Source: a bacterium
GTDB lineage: Bacteria; Cyanobacteriota; Vampirovibrionia; Gastranaerophilales; JBAXKC01
DNA: 64,000 nucleotides
Direction of reading: 5' to 3'
NCBI GenBank assembly: GCA_037137535.1
Contig: JBAXKC010000001.1
Location: forward strand, 192,001 to 256,000
Shown in pieces: positions 1 to 9,474 of this stretch. Position 1 is the stretch's first letter; the number at the start of each line of letters is the position of its first letter. Under the pieces are notes generated by a model, which did not search any database, was not told the DNA's origin, and worked only from the letters and a program-made list of their open reading frames with translations. Both the position numbers and the translations under genes were made by a program.

Positions 1-341
1 TGGCAACTCCTCTTGCATTAGACAGTTTAATAGCTCTTCTTGGCAATGATGAACACAATATCAGAAAAAACACAATCGAAGCCCTTGCAAAAATAGGAAC
101 TCCGTCAATAAAAAAACTTATAAACGCCCTTGAAGACAGCAACTGGGTAAAAAGAAACTCAGCCGCTATCGCTCTGGGGGAACTTACGGATTATAACAAG
201 CATTTGAATGTAACTCCTGCGGTAAATCCATTAATTGCAAGACTTCAAGATAATCAACCAATCGTAAAAAGTACCGCAGCAAGGTCTTTAGGTAAGATTT
301 ATAAAAAAATTACCGAGCAGCGTGATTTTCAAAGTTTTTGA
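1..341 (+). CDS. HEAT/PBS-lyase-like repeat protein, 3' part (5' end outside window)
   Basis: Manual translation of frame 3: ATPLALDSLIALLGNDEHNIRKNTIEALAKIG...LEDSNWVKRNSAAIALGEL...LQDNQPIVKSTAARSLGKI, stop TGA at 339-341. Shows repeated L-x-D-x4-VR-x2-A-x2-ALG HEAT pattern. Confidence 0.8.
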   Translation, partial: ATPLALDSLIALLGNDEHNIRKNTIEALAKIGTPSIKKLINALEDSNWVKRNSAAIALGELTDYNKHLNVTPAVNPLIARLQDNQPIVKSTAARSLGKIYKKITEQRDFQSF

Positions 342-421
342 TTTTAATAAACCAAACAAATAACTTAATCAGAATTATAAAATTATATGTATATTTTAGC
401 CTAACGTCCATACATAAATAA

Positions 422-453
422 TTAACGCTTCAAGTCAAGACTTGAAGCGTTAA
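422..453. terminator. Bidirectional intrinsic terminator
   Basis: Perfect inverted repeat TTAACGCTTCAAGTC-aa-GACTTGAAGCGTTAA between convergent genes. Confidence 0.8.
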
Positions 454-469
454 AATTAGTTTTTTAAAA

Positions 470-796
470 TTAATCATTGTTTACTTTAGGTTGTTCTTGG
501 TTTCGCTTTGTTCTTAATCCCAAATAATCAAATATAGCATAAGCTGCAACAGCAGCACTTAATCCAGCAACACATTTGCGCAAGATTTGTTTATTTTTAC
601 ATGCTACTTCTTCTATAAATTCAGGGGTTTTAGCAATGGTCTTTTTTACAGAATCATTTAAATCAAGTTTATCTTGAATGGATTGTGTGATTGTCCCGGC
701 AGTAATAATAGCAGCAGAAATAGATTTTGAATTATCCCAAATATCAGATTTAGACTGACTAATTATTGGTTTTGCTCCAAAAGACGGTATATTCAT
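470..796 (-). CDS. Small hypothetical membrane-associated protein (N-terminal SFG motif)
   Basis: 108 aa, GGAGG RBS. Starts MNIPSFG and has two small-residue hydrophobic segments (SISAAIITAGTI; CVAGLSAAVAAYAIF). Confidence 0.7.
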   Translation of the reverse strand: MNIPSFGAKPIISQSKSDIWDNSKSISAAIITAGTITQSIQDKLDLNDSVKKTIAKTPEFIEEVACKNKQILRKCVAGLSAAVAAYAIFDYLGLRTKRNQEQPKVNND

Positions 797-805
797 AAAT
801 GCCTC

Positions 806-1738
806 CTATTTTTTATATTTTTTCAAATCTTCTTTAGTCATTGTTTTGTATTGCAATGAAGGCTCCTCGCACATTGCATGAAAGAAACCTATAAGTGTAG
901 ACCCGGCAGCTTCAGTTACACCAGCAGCTACAGCTGCATTTAGAGCATTACCCGCTCCTGGGAACCAAGTGAAAAGTTTACTAGCAGTTTGAACACCTAC
1001 TGAACTTGCAGTGGTAACAGCAATAGAAGTCATTACTCCAGTAGATATAGGGTCAAGTCCGTAAACAGCAGCAAGTGATAAAGCCATAACTCCAGTAGCA
1101 GCCTGCAATGCTGCCATATCACCACCAGGTGCCTGTGCTAGTGCGGCAGCTATGCCTGCATTTGCAGCACTAGCTGCATGAACAATGCCCCAAGCTCTTT
1201 CGTCTCTTTCTTCTAATGTTAAACCTTTAAAAGAAAGCTTTCCCGTTTTTTTAGATTTTTCTACACCACCCATTCCACATTCGAGAATATTTTTCATTTG
1301 TTCTAATTCTTCTACCTTTTTAGGATCGGTTTCTTTTTTAATTTCTTTATTTAATTCTTTAATCCCTTTTTTGCAAATTCCTTGAATATATTCAGGGTGA
1401 GCCATTAATTCAATACCAATTTTTGTTGGTGGTACATTTTGTTGTAAATCTTGTAATTTCTCAGTTAGCTCTTCTTCTGATAATTCAGGAATTTCTTCCT
1501 TTTTACTCTTAAATGACAGATTTGTAAGACATTGAGCTTTTACAGCATGTCCTGCTTCCGCTGAACATAATAAATTTTTACCAAATGTTAAATTTGGCTT
1601 AACTTCTAGACTATTTTGCTTAGTTTTTTGTAAATCTTGTTTTTTAACCAAGTCTAAATTATTTGATAGGTTGCGGAGTGCGTTAAAATCTTTTAGCATA
1701 CTTTTAAAATTTCCTTTTAATACAATTAAAGTCCGCAT
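806..1738 (-). CDS. DUF697-like domain protein with N-terminal extension (start probably 1699)
   Basis: C-half IVHAASAANAGIAAALAQAPGGDMAALQ...MALSLAAVYG...FPGAGNALNAAVAAGVTEAAG matches the DUF697/YcjF-type pattern as I recall it. Confidence 0.6.
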   Translation of the reverse strand: MRTLIVLKGNFKSMLKDFNALRNLSNNLDLVKKQDLQKTKQNSLEVKPNLTFGKNLLCSAEAGHAVKAQCLTNLSFKSKKEEIPELSEEELTEKLQDLQQNVPPTKIGIELMAHPEYIQGICKKGIKELNKEIKKETDPKKVEELEQMKNILECGMGGVEKSKKTGKLSFKGLTLEERDERAWGIVHAASAANAGIAAALAQAPGGDMAALQAATGVMALSLAAVYGLDPISTGVMTSIAVTTASSVGVQTASKLFTWFPGAGNALNAAVAAGVTEAAGSTLIGFFHAMCEEPSLQYKTMTKEDLKKYKK

Positions 1739-1976
1739 ATTAATGTAAAAAAAAAATGAATCAATGTCAACCCCCCTAATGGATAATTATTGTAAACATT
1801 AATTACAATAAAAGACTAAACAGCTAACTTTAATTTGTTTAATAGAACTAAAACACCTATCAATAGAAGATAATACAGTTTTATCAGAAAAAATCCGTTC
1901 ATTTTGACACATAAAAGTTAGAAGATGAGATTTACGAAAAACTAAAGCTATAACTTCAATTACTCCTGCAAAAATA

Positions 1977-2008
1977 AAAACCATTATTATATAAATAATA
2001 ATGGTTTT
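1977..2008 (-). terminator. Probable intrinsic terminator
   Basis: AAAACCATTATTAT-ataa-ATAATAATGGTTTT inverted repeat just downstream of ORF 2030-2380. Confidence 0.6.
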
Positions 2009-2029
2009 ATTTTACAAATCAAGAGTTAA

Positions 2030-2380
2030 TTAATCACCATGCTTATAATCCCATTCACGGTCAAGATAATCTGTTTCACTCTTCACAAGGTCATTTAAGT
2101 ATGATGAAGCTTTTTCAGCAGGAGTATCACACGAACTCAAATAATAAGCTCTAAAATAATCTGCTGCAGGTTGTTTTTCTTTAACTTGAATTCCTGTTTT
2201 CTCTAAAGCAGCTTCAACTCTTTCATCTCGCCTATCAGCTGTTAATAAACTTGTCTTATCAAGTTGATAAGGGTTGCTATCATAATGTTTACCTATTCCA
2301 AGCTCTTCTGATAGATTTGACTTTTGCTCAGGAGTAAGAGGTTTTTTAAAAACAAAATTTGATCCAAAAGTTATATTCAT
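2030..2380 (-). CDS. Hypothetical protein (N-terminal TFG motif)
   Basis: 116 aa, AAGGA RBS, begins MNITFGS. No recognisable domain. Confidence 0.7.
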   Translation of the reverse strand: MNITFGSNFVFKKPLTPEQKSNLSEELGIGKHYDSNPYQLDKTSLLTADRRDERVEAALEKTGIQVKEKQPAADYFRAYYLSSCDTPAEKASSYLNDLVKSETDYLDREWDYKHGD

Positions 2381-2479
2381 GATTTTTCATCCTTAGTTTA
2401 AACGTATATTATTATAAACATATAAATTTTAAATATTGATTCAATCATAAAACTTCAATAACTTTTGTTACATATCTTA

Positions 2480-4030
2480 TTAATGTTTAAAATGCCTTAC
2501 ACCCGTTAATACCATCGAAATACCGTCTTTTTCAGCTTGTTCGATTACTTCTCTGTCTTTAATGCTTCCACCCGGCTGAATAATTGAACCAATTCTTGCA
2601 TAAGCCGCTGCGTTGATGTTATCAACCGCAGGTAAGAAGCCGTCACTTGCGATTACAGCATCTTTTGTGCCATCACAAGCTTGATTTAAAGCTAACTCCA
2701 TAGAAGCGATCCTGCTTGTCTGACCTGCCCCTATACCAATTGTTTTTTTGCCTTTTGCTATAACTATTGCGTTTGAGGTAACATGTTTAGCTACTTTCCA
2801 AGCAAAAATCATATCTTCCACCTGTTCGGCAGTCGGTTTATGAGTTGTAGCAATATTGAAATTATCTTTTGTTAAATCAACAACATCGGCAGATTGAACC
2901 AATGTACCAAACGGAAGAGCTTTTACAGTATTTTTCACAGCATTTCTATATTCAAGAGCTGAAAAATTATATGTGACAAGTCTTAAATTCTTTTTAGCCT
3001 TTAAAATTTCAAGAGCTTCATCGTCAAATGCAGGAGCAATTAGGACTTCAAGGAAAACACTTGCTGCATGCTTTGCTATTTGTTTATTAACAGTTGTATT
3101 AAAGCCGATTATTCCTCCAAAAGCACTAATAGGATCACAATCAAAAGCTTTTAAATATGCACCGTAGGAAGTTTCGCCCAGCGCAACTCCGCAAGGATTG
3201 CCATGTTTAATTACTGCAACAGCAGGAACATCAATAAACTCGGTAACAATGTTCATTGCAGCTGCCATATCCGCAATATTGTTGTAGGAAAGTTCTTTTC
3301 CGTTTAATACTTCATAATTAAGGCTATTTTCAGTTGCGTATAAAGCTGCTGATTGATGAGGGTTTTCGCCATATCTTAAATCTTGCTTTTTCTTTGCCAC
3401 AAAAGAAAAAAGTTCAGGCATTTCAGTTTTTTCAGAAGTTCTTTTGATTAATTCATTTGCAATAGCAGAATCATAATCGGAAGTTATTGCAAATGCTTCG
3501 ATTGCTAAGTCTTTTCTTAATTCCAAAGCAACTTCGCCATTATTTTCAGCTAAATTTGAAAGAACTTTTTCATATAAAGTCGATGAATTTACGCAAGCAA
3601 CAGAAAAATAATTCTTTGCAGCCGCTCTCAATAATGTAACTCCGCCAATATCAACAAATTCAACTAAATCTTCTATTTGGCTGAAATCTTTTTTAGACGC
3701 ATCTTTGAAAGGATATAAATTCACAACTACCATATCAACAGGAGAAATTCCGTTTTTGATAATCTCTTCAATATCAGATTCATTAGATTTCATAGCAAGA
3801 ATTCCTGCATGAATATTAGGATGAAGAGTTTTCACTCTTCCTCTAAGCAATTCTCTAAATCCTGTCAATTCAGTTATTTCAATAACATTGACGCCATTTT
3901 GTTTTAAAATATCATAAGTTCCGCCTGTGGAAACTATTTCATAATTAAATTTATCTTGAAGACTTTTTGCAAACTCAACAATTCCTGTTTTGTCGTAAAC
4001 GCTTATAATAGCTCTTTTTTTAGTAGACAT
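2480..4030 (-). CDS. purH: Bifunctional AICAR transformylase/IMP cyclohydrolase
   Basis: AIISVYDKTG, STGGT, GRVKTLHP, DIGG, LRYGENPHQ, KHGNPCG, C-terminal RHFKH. Confidence 0.98.
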   Translation of the reverse strand: MSTKKRAIISVYDKTGIVEFAKSLQDKFNYEIVSTGGTYDILKQNGVNVIEITELTGFRELLRGRVKTLHPNIHAGILAMKSNESDIEEIIKNGISPVDMVVVNLYPFKDASKKDFSQIEDLVEFVDIGGVTLLRAAAKNYFSVACVNSSTLYEKVLSNLAENNGEVALELRKDLAIEAFAITSDYDSAIANELIKRTSEKTEMPELFSFVAKKKQDLRYGENPHQSAALYATENSLNYEVLNGKELSYNNIADMAAAMNIVTEFIDVPAVAVIKHGNPCGVALGETSYGAYLKAFDCDPISAFGGIIGFNTTVNKQIAKHAASVFLEVLIAPAFDDEALEILKAKKNLRLVTYNFSALEYRNAVKNTVKALPFGTLVQSADVVDLTKDNFNIATTHKPTAEQVEDMIFAWKVAKHVTSNAIVIAKGKKTIGIGAGQTSRIASMELALNQACDGTKDAVIASDGFLPAVDNINAAAYARIGSIIQPGGSIKDREVIEQAEKDGISMVLTGVRHFKH

Positions 4031-4164
4031 GATTTAATCCTTAATAACTGATAACCTTTACCAATTTAGTTTTATTTTAATCAGTATAATTATATTTTAA
4101 AACAAAAACACTTAAAGCCTTTCAAAAGAAAGGCTCTAATCTAAATAATCATGTTGAATTTTGC

Positions 4165-5634
4165 CTATTTATGAGTAAAATCCAAGGTCTTAATATTAGA
4201 AAACAAACTATAAGAGGCTTGCTGCGAAACGGTAATAAATGGAGTTGCAAGAATACCGACTATCAATACAGCCGCAAATGTAAATATCTGTATCGAACGC
4301 AAAGAATCAGATTTAGGAATTATTGCAGGCTGAGAAATACCATTTGAGTTTTCTGTATTAAATAAGGCTTTAACTACTCTTAGATAATAATAAACAGCAA
4401 TTAGCGTATTAATTAATGCAAATATCAATAACCATAAATTTTGAATACCCGAGAATAATATTGTTTTAAACAAATAAAATTTCCCGATAAAGCCTGCCGT
4501 TACAGGAATACCTGCAAGCGATAACATACAAACAGTAAGTCCCAAAGCAGTTACAGGTTCTTTATAAGCCAATCCTTTAAAATCAACGAGGTTAAATTTG
4601 CCTGTTTTATTTGAATAGATTTCGATAGCAGCCCATGCTCCGAAATTCATGAATAAATAACAGATTAAATAAAAGATTACGGCAGAAAAAGAATCAAGAG
4701 TTCCGACCGCTAATCCTAAAAGGACATAACCTGCTTGAGCAATTGAACTATAGCCCATTAACCTTTTGATGTTTTGCTGTTTTAAAGCTGATAAGTTGCC
4801 TATAGTCATTGTCAGAATTGCAATAAAACCTATAACATAAGTCCATACGGCAAAATTCACAAAGATCGTTCCTAATAACCTTATAATAAGAGCAAACCCT
4901 GCCATTTTTGAAACAACCGACAGATAAGCAGCAACAGGAAGCGGAGCTCCTTCATAAACGTCAGGAGTCCAAGAGTGGAAAGGAAAAGCTGATATTTTAA
5001 AACCAAGACCACCAAGTACCATTAGAAAACTCAAGACTAAAAGAGGGTTTACGTTATAAGTTGATATAAAAGTATAAATCTCAGTAAAATTAGTAGTTCC
5101 GCAAATTCCGTATAAAAGAGAAAATCCATATAAAGTAACAGCTGTCGATGCTCCACCTACGACTAAATACTTCAATGCCGCTTCAGAGCTTAATCTATCT
5201 GACTTTGTAAAGCCACAAAGAGCATAAGCAGAAATACCTAACGTTTCAACAGCAACCGTTGCCATAATTAAATCGCTTGCCCCTGCCATAAGCATTGCAC
5301 CTAAGCCTGCACAAAGAAACAACGTGAAATATTCGCCTTTATATTTACCAAAACTTTCCGTATATTTCTTTGAAAGCTGAATCGCAATAATAGTACCGAC
5401 TAACGTTAAAAAGCGAAAAACAAGACTATAATAATCAGAAGTGAAATTCAAATGAAATAATTCTATTGTTTCAAATCTGGGCATTAATGCAAAAGAAAAA
5501 ATCGCCGTCAAACATCCTGTCAAAGCTGTATAATAAACATAATGCTTTTTAGTGTTTTTTATCAAAAATGATAGAACAGTACATATCATTATTGTAGTTA
5601 TAATTATTGTTTCAGGAAGAAATCCTTGAATCAT
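4165..5634 (-). CDS. nuoN: Complex I antiporter-like subunit N (NdhB)
   Basis: SEAALKY, FKISAFPFHSWTPDVYEGAP, KRLMGYSSIAQAGY. Confidence 0.95.
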   Translation of the reverse strand: MIQGFLPETIIITTIMICTVLSFLIKNTKKHYVYYTALTGCLTAIFSFALMPRFETIELFHLNFTSDYYSLVFRFLTLVGTIIAIQLSKKYTESFGKYKGEYFTLFLCAGLGAMLMAGASDLIMATVAVETLGISAYALCGFTKSDRLSSEAALKYLVVGGASTAVTLYGFSLLYGICGTTNFTEIYTFISTYNVNPLLVLSFLMVLGGLGFKISAFPFHSWTPDVYEGAPLPVAAYLSVVSKMAGFALIIRLLGTIFVNFAVWTYVIGFIAILTMTIGNLSALKQQNIKRLMGYSSIAQAGYVLLGLAVGTLDSFSAVIFYLICYLFMNFGAWAAIEIYSNKTGKFNLVDFKGLAYKEPVTALGLTVCMLSLAGIPVTAGFIGKFYLFKTILFSGIQNLWLLIFALINTLIAVYYYLRVVKALFNTENSNGISQPAIIPKSDSLRSIQIFTFAAVLIVGILATPFITVSQQASYSLFSNIKTLDFTHK

Positions 5635-5655
5635 TTTTTATTCTCCGAAGTTTAC

Positions 5656-7176
5656 TTAGATATTTAACATTATCTGACTTATTGAGGACTTGAATATATC
5701 GGTCAAAGCAGTTGGATAGAGGCCGAAAAGAACTATCGCAACAACTAAAGACATATATATAACTAATTCATGTGGGGTTATATCTTGAAGTCTCTTTCTA
5801 GTTTCGAACATTGCCCCACAAAAAACCTGTTGTAACATCCACAACAAATAAATGGCAGTTAAGACAATTCCAAAAACTGCAAATATTGAGAAAATTTGAA
5901 TATTACTAAATGCAGTCGAAGTGAAAGCACCGTAAAAAACAAGAGTTTCCGCAGAAAAACCAGCTAATAAAGGCAAACCTAAACTTGCTAATGCTAAAAA
6001 TGAAGAGAAGTAATAAATTTTAGGCATTGCCTGAGCTAATCCGCCAAGCTCAGATATTTTTCTTGTATGAGTTCTTAAATAAATACTTCCAACCATCATA
6101 AACAGACCTGCACTTATCAAGCCATGAGCCACCATTTGAAAAACAGCCCCTGTAACTCCTGTAACATTCATAGCACCAATCCCTATAAGAACAATTCCCA
6201 TATGACTAACGCTACTATATGCAATTAGTTTTTTTAAATCTTTTTGAGCTAAGGCGATAATTGCCGCATATAAAATGTTAATAACTCCTAAAAGTACAAT
6301 AAAAGGAGCTAAAAGTTTAAAAACAGCAGGAAACGCTTGAAGGTTTATTCTGATAAGTCCATAAGCACCCATTTTCAGAAGAATTCCGGCAAGTAACATA
6401 CTTACGGGAGTAGGAGCATCAACGTGAGCATCAGGCAACCATGTATGAATTGGAACTACAGGTAGTTTAACTGCAAATGCGATAAAAAAGCCTAAAAACA
6501 TTGCAATACCGGCAGCTAAAGAATAATAATCAGAACTTGACGATAAGACCTGCATGTCAAAAGTCAGATTGCTTGTAGATTGATAGAAGAAATATGCCAA
6601 CGCAATAATTGACGCAAGCATAAATATACTTCCGAAAAAGGTAAATAGAACGAATTTAATAGCCGAATATTCTTTTCTTCCGCTTCCCCATATTGAAATA
6701 AGGAAATACATCGGAATAAGCTCCAATTCCCAGAATAAAAAGAACATAACAAGGTCTTTAGCTGTAAATACGCCCAAAACCGCTGTTGTTAAAATTAAAA
6801 TAAGTCCGTAATATAATTTATGTTTTTTTGTAATACTGCTTTTACTGGCAATACAGGCTAATAACGTTAAAAATGTCGTTAATAGAACCATTGTCATAGA
6901 AATGCCGTCTACTGCAAAAGTAAACTGAATACCTAATGGCTTTAACCAGTCATCACCGCCCGGGAAAGTAAGTCTTTGCAAAAACTGATAAGTAGGAACA
7001 TTGGTATTGAAAAAGAGGAAAATATATAAAGAATAAAAGAACAATAATCCTGCAAAACCTTTTGCAAAACGTCTTATTTTTACTTCATTATTTGGAAACA
7101 TCGGGCTTAAAATCAATAAGCCTGCGAGCATCGGGGAAAAAACCAATAAACTGAGAGATACCGCTTCCATCTTCAA
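5656..7176 (-). CDS. nuoM: Complex I subunit M (NdhD)
   Basis: FWELELIPMY, VKLPVVPIHTWLPDAHVDAP, LLKMGAYG, IAYSSVSHMG. Confidence 0.95.
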   Translation of the reverse strand: MKMEAVSLSLLVFSPMLAGLLILSPMFPNNEVKIRRFAKGFAGLLFFYSLYIFLFFNTNVPTYQFLQRLTFPGGDDWLKPLGIQFTFAVDGISMTMVLLTTFLTLLACIASKSSITKKHKLYYGLILILTTAVLGVFTAKDLVMFFLFWELELIPMYFLISIWGSGRKEYSAIKFVLFTFFGSIFMLASIIALAYFFYQSTSNLTFDMQVLSSSSDYYSLAAGIAMFLGFFIAFAVKLPVVPIHTWLPDAHVDAPTPVSMLLAGILLKMGAYGLIRINLQAFPAVFKLLAPFIVLLGVINILYAAIIALAQKDLKKLIAYSSVSHMGIVLIGIGAMNVTGVTGAVFQMVAHGLISAGLFMMVGSIYLRTHTRKISELGGLAQAMPKIYYFSSFLALASLGLPLLAGFSAETLVFYGAFTSTAFSNIQIFSIFAVFGIVLTAIYLLWMLQQVFCGAMFETRKRLQDITPHELVIYMSLVVAIVLFGLYPTALTDIFKSSISQIMLNI

Positions 7177-7179
7177 CCT

Positions 7180-9117
7180 CTACACAAACCAAATCAGCAT
7201 AATAAAAGCTGAAATAACTACAAAACCTGTTAATAAAATTGTCAAATATATCTGAACATTTCCATTTTGCAAAAGACATAACATTCTTCCAACAAAACCG
7301 ACAAATAATGCTGTTAAGTTAATAAGTCCATCGACTATATATTTATCAAACATAGAAAGAACTTGAGCTTTTCTCATAACTATTCTATACGCAAAAGCCT
7401 TATAAGCATCATCTATATAAAATTTATTGTATGAAAGTTTATACAATACAGGAATTTTATCTGTAATCTGCTCAACAGAAACAGGGAATTTAGACTTAAA
7501 CCTATCAAGATATAATAACCCTGCGAGTAACATTCCTCCAATAGCTAAAGAAACAGAAATAACAGGAATTAAAAGACTTTCAGAATGCTCTGCTATCTCT
7601 TTAGCAGGCACTAAAAATTGACTAAAAGAGCCTATACCCATAAAGCTGAGCTTTCCACTGAGCATAAAACCCAAGAATATAGATGGAATAGCCAATATAA
7701 TTAAGGGAATCGAAATAGCCAAACCAGGTTTGTGAGGATGTCCATGTCCTCGATATTCTCCTTCAAAAGTGAGAAAATAGGTTCTAAACATATAAAACGA
7801 CGTCATACCAGCAGTTAACAGAGCTATGACGAGTAAAAACGTGTTATGACTTGAGACTAAAGCAGAGAAAATCTCTTCTTTTGACCAAAAACCACTTAAA
7901 AACAAGCCCGAAATAGCGAAAGTACCTATTAAATAAGCATAAGCAACAACAGGCATAACTTTTCTTAATCCGCCCATATATCTCATATCCTGCTGATCGG
8001 CTAATCCGTGAATTACCGCACCAGAACAGAGAAACAGCATAGCCTTAAAATAAGCATGAGTTACAAGATGGAACATTCCTGCACCATAAGCACCCGCTCC
8101 GACAGCCATAACCATAAATCCGAGCTGACTACATGTTGAATAAGCCAATGCCTTTTTTATATCCGGCTGAGTAAGAGCTGTTAAAGCAGACATAAAAGCG
8201 GTTATAGCTCCAACCCATAAAATAATATTCATTACAATGGGAGAAAGACTGATAAAAGGAAAAACTCTCGCAAGTAAATACACCCCTGCTGCAACCATTG
8301 TAGCAGCATGAATAAGCGCACTTATAGGAGTAGGACCTTCCATTGCATCAGGAAGCCATGTATGAAGTGGATATTGAGCACTTTTTGCAATCGTTCCCAT
8401 AAAAAGCCCGAAACAAATCAGCGTAAATATCGGCATACCTGCCTTAGCAAAAACTAAAGGTGCAACAGCTCCTAATGAAGAAAAGCTTAATAAAATATCG
8501 GGGGAAGAAACCCAATAACTGAATGAAAAATAAAGCAATCCTAATATTCCTGCAAGGAAACCAAAATCACCGATTCTATTCATTATAAATGCCTTTTTAG
8601 CCGCAGAAGCAGCTGAAGGCCTTGCAAACCAAAAACCTATCAATAAATAACTTGAAACCCCGACAAGTTCCCAGAATACATACATTTGAAAAAGATTTGT
8701 ACTAAGAACAAGTCCCAGCATTGAAAAATTAAAAAGTGAAAGATAAGCGTAAAAACGGTTATAACCCTTGTCATGTCCCATATATTCATGGGTATATATC
8801 TGAACCATAAGGCTGACACTTGTTACAACCATAAGCATAATCGCTGAAAGCCTATCTATTACCCAACCAAAAGAAAGTTTAATATCTCCGATATTTAACC
8901 ATGTAAAGTTTCTTTCAAAATAAGCATTTGGATGAGAAATACACCATATCAATATTAACGAAGAAAGAATAAGCCCAATTGAAGTAGCACCGACAGTTAA
9001 GCCCATGCTTACTCTTTTATCACTATATCCTCTAAAACCTTTGCCGACAAGTATAAGCAGAAACGTCCATAAAGGAAGAGCCGCTATCATCCAAGCATTT
9101 TCAACTGCAAAATTCAT
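7180..9117 (-). CDS. nuoL: Complex I subunit L (NdhF)
   Basis: WELVGVSSYLLIGFW, NRIGDFG, KSAQYPLHTWLPDAMEGPTPISALIHAATMV. Confidence 0.95.
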   Translation of the reverse strand: MNFAVENAWMIAALPLWTFLLILVGKGFRGYSDKRVSMGLTVGATSIGLILSSLILIWCISHPNAYFERNFTWLNIGDIKLSFGWVIDRLSAIMLMVVTSVSLMVQIYTHEYMGHDKGYNRFYAYLSLFNFSMLGLVLSTNLFQMYVFWELVGVSSYLLIGFWFARPSAASAAKKAFIMNRIGDFGFLAGILGLLYFSFSYWVSSPDILLSFSSLGAVAPLVFAKAGMPIFTLICFGLFMGTIAKSAQYPLHTWLPDAMEGPTPISALIHAATMVAAGVYLLARVFPFISLSPIVMNIILWVGAITAFMSALTALTQPDIKKALAYSTCSQLGFMVMAVGAGAYGAGMFHLVTHAYFKAMLFLCSGAVIHGLADQQDMRYMGGLRKVMPVVAYAYLIGTFAISGLFLSGFWSKEEIFSALVSSHNTFLLVIALLTAGMTSFYMFRTYFLTFEGEYRGHGHPHKPGLAISIPLIILAIPSIFLGFMLSGKLSFMGIGSFSQFLVPAKEIAEHSESLLIPVISVSLAIGGMLLAGLLYLDRFKSKFPVSVEQITDKIPVLYKLSYNKFYIDDAYKAFAYRIVMRKAQVLSMFDKYIVDGLINLTALFVGFVGRMLCLLQNGNVQIYLTILLTGFVVISAFIMLIWFV

Positions 9118-9123
9118 ATTAGC

Positions 9124-9474
9124 CTATCCTTTTAGCGATCTAAACTCTTCTACATCCACAGTTGGCTTTTTCCTAAAGAAGGATAACAGAATTGCCAATC
9201 CCAAAGCCGCTTCCGCAGCAGAAATAGCCATAATAAAAATTGCAAATACTTGCCCCCTTATTTCATTAGGGTCGCAGTATGCAGAAAAAGCAATAAAATT
9301 AATATTTACGGCATTTAATAATATTTCTAAAGACATCAAAACTCTTATAAAATTTCTTGAACTGATAAGTCCAATAAAGCCTATGCAGAAAAGAACTGCC
9401 GCCAAGCATAAAAAGTGAGTAAGCCCCACATTTAAAACAAAATCTTTAAAAAATGACAAAATTAAATTAGACAT
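9124..9474 (-). CDS. nuoK: Complex I subunit K (NdhE)
   Basis: LMSLEILLNAVNINF, GQVFAIF...AAEAALGLAI. Confidence 0.95.
   Translation of the reverse strand: MSNLILSFFKDFVLNVGLTHFLCLAAVLFCIGFIGLISSRNFIRVLMSLEILLNAVNINFIAFSAYCDPNEIRGQVFAIFIMAISAAEAALGLAILLSFFRKKPTVDVEEFRSLKG

Noticed and set aside
1799-1984. 61-aa ORF
   Set aside because: Starts inside a terminator hairpin, has no RBS and occupies a likely promoter region.
9005-9418. Antisense or alternative-frame ORFs (also 1185, 2973, 6564, 7088, 7427, 9688, 9904, 15054, 18094, 19374, 20756, 23635, 26049, 32857, 34403, 34510, 35690, 37440, 37840, 41839, 43699, 43972, 45421, 46452, 48472, 49742, 50198, 51474, 52016, 52403, 54497, 58640, 61080)
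   Set aside because: They shadow well-supported genes and have no motifs or convincing RBS.
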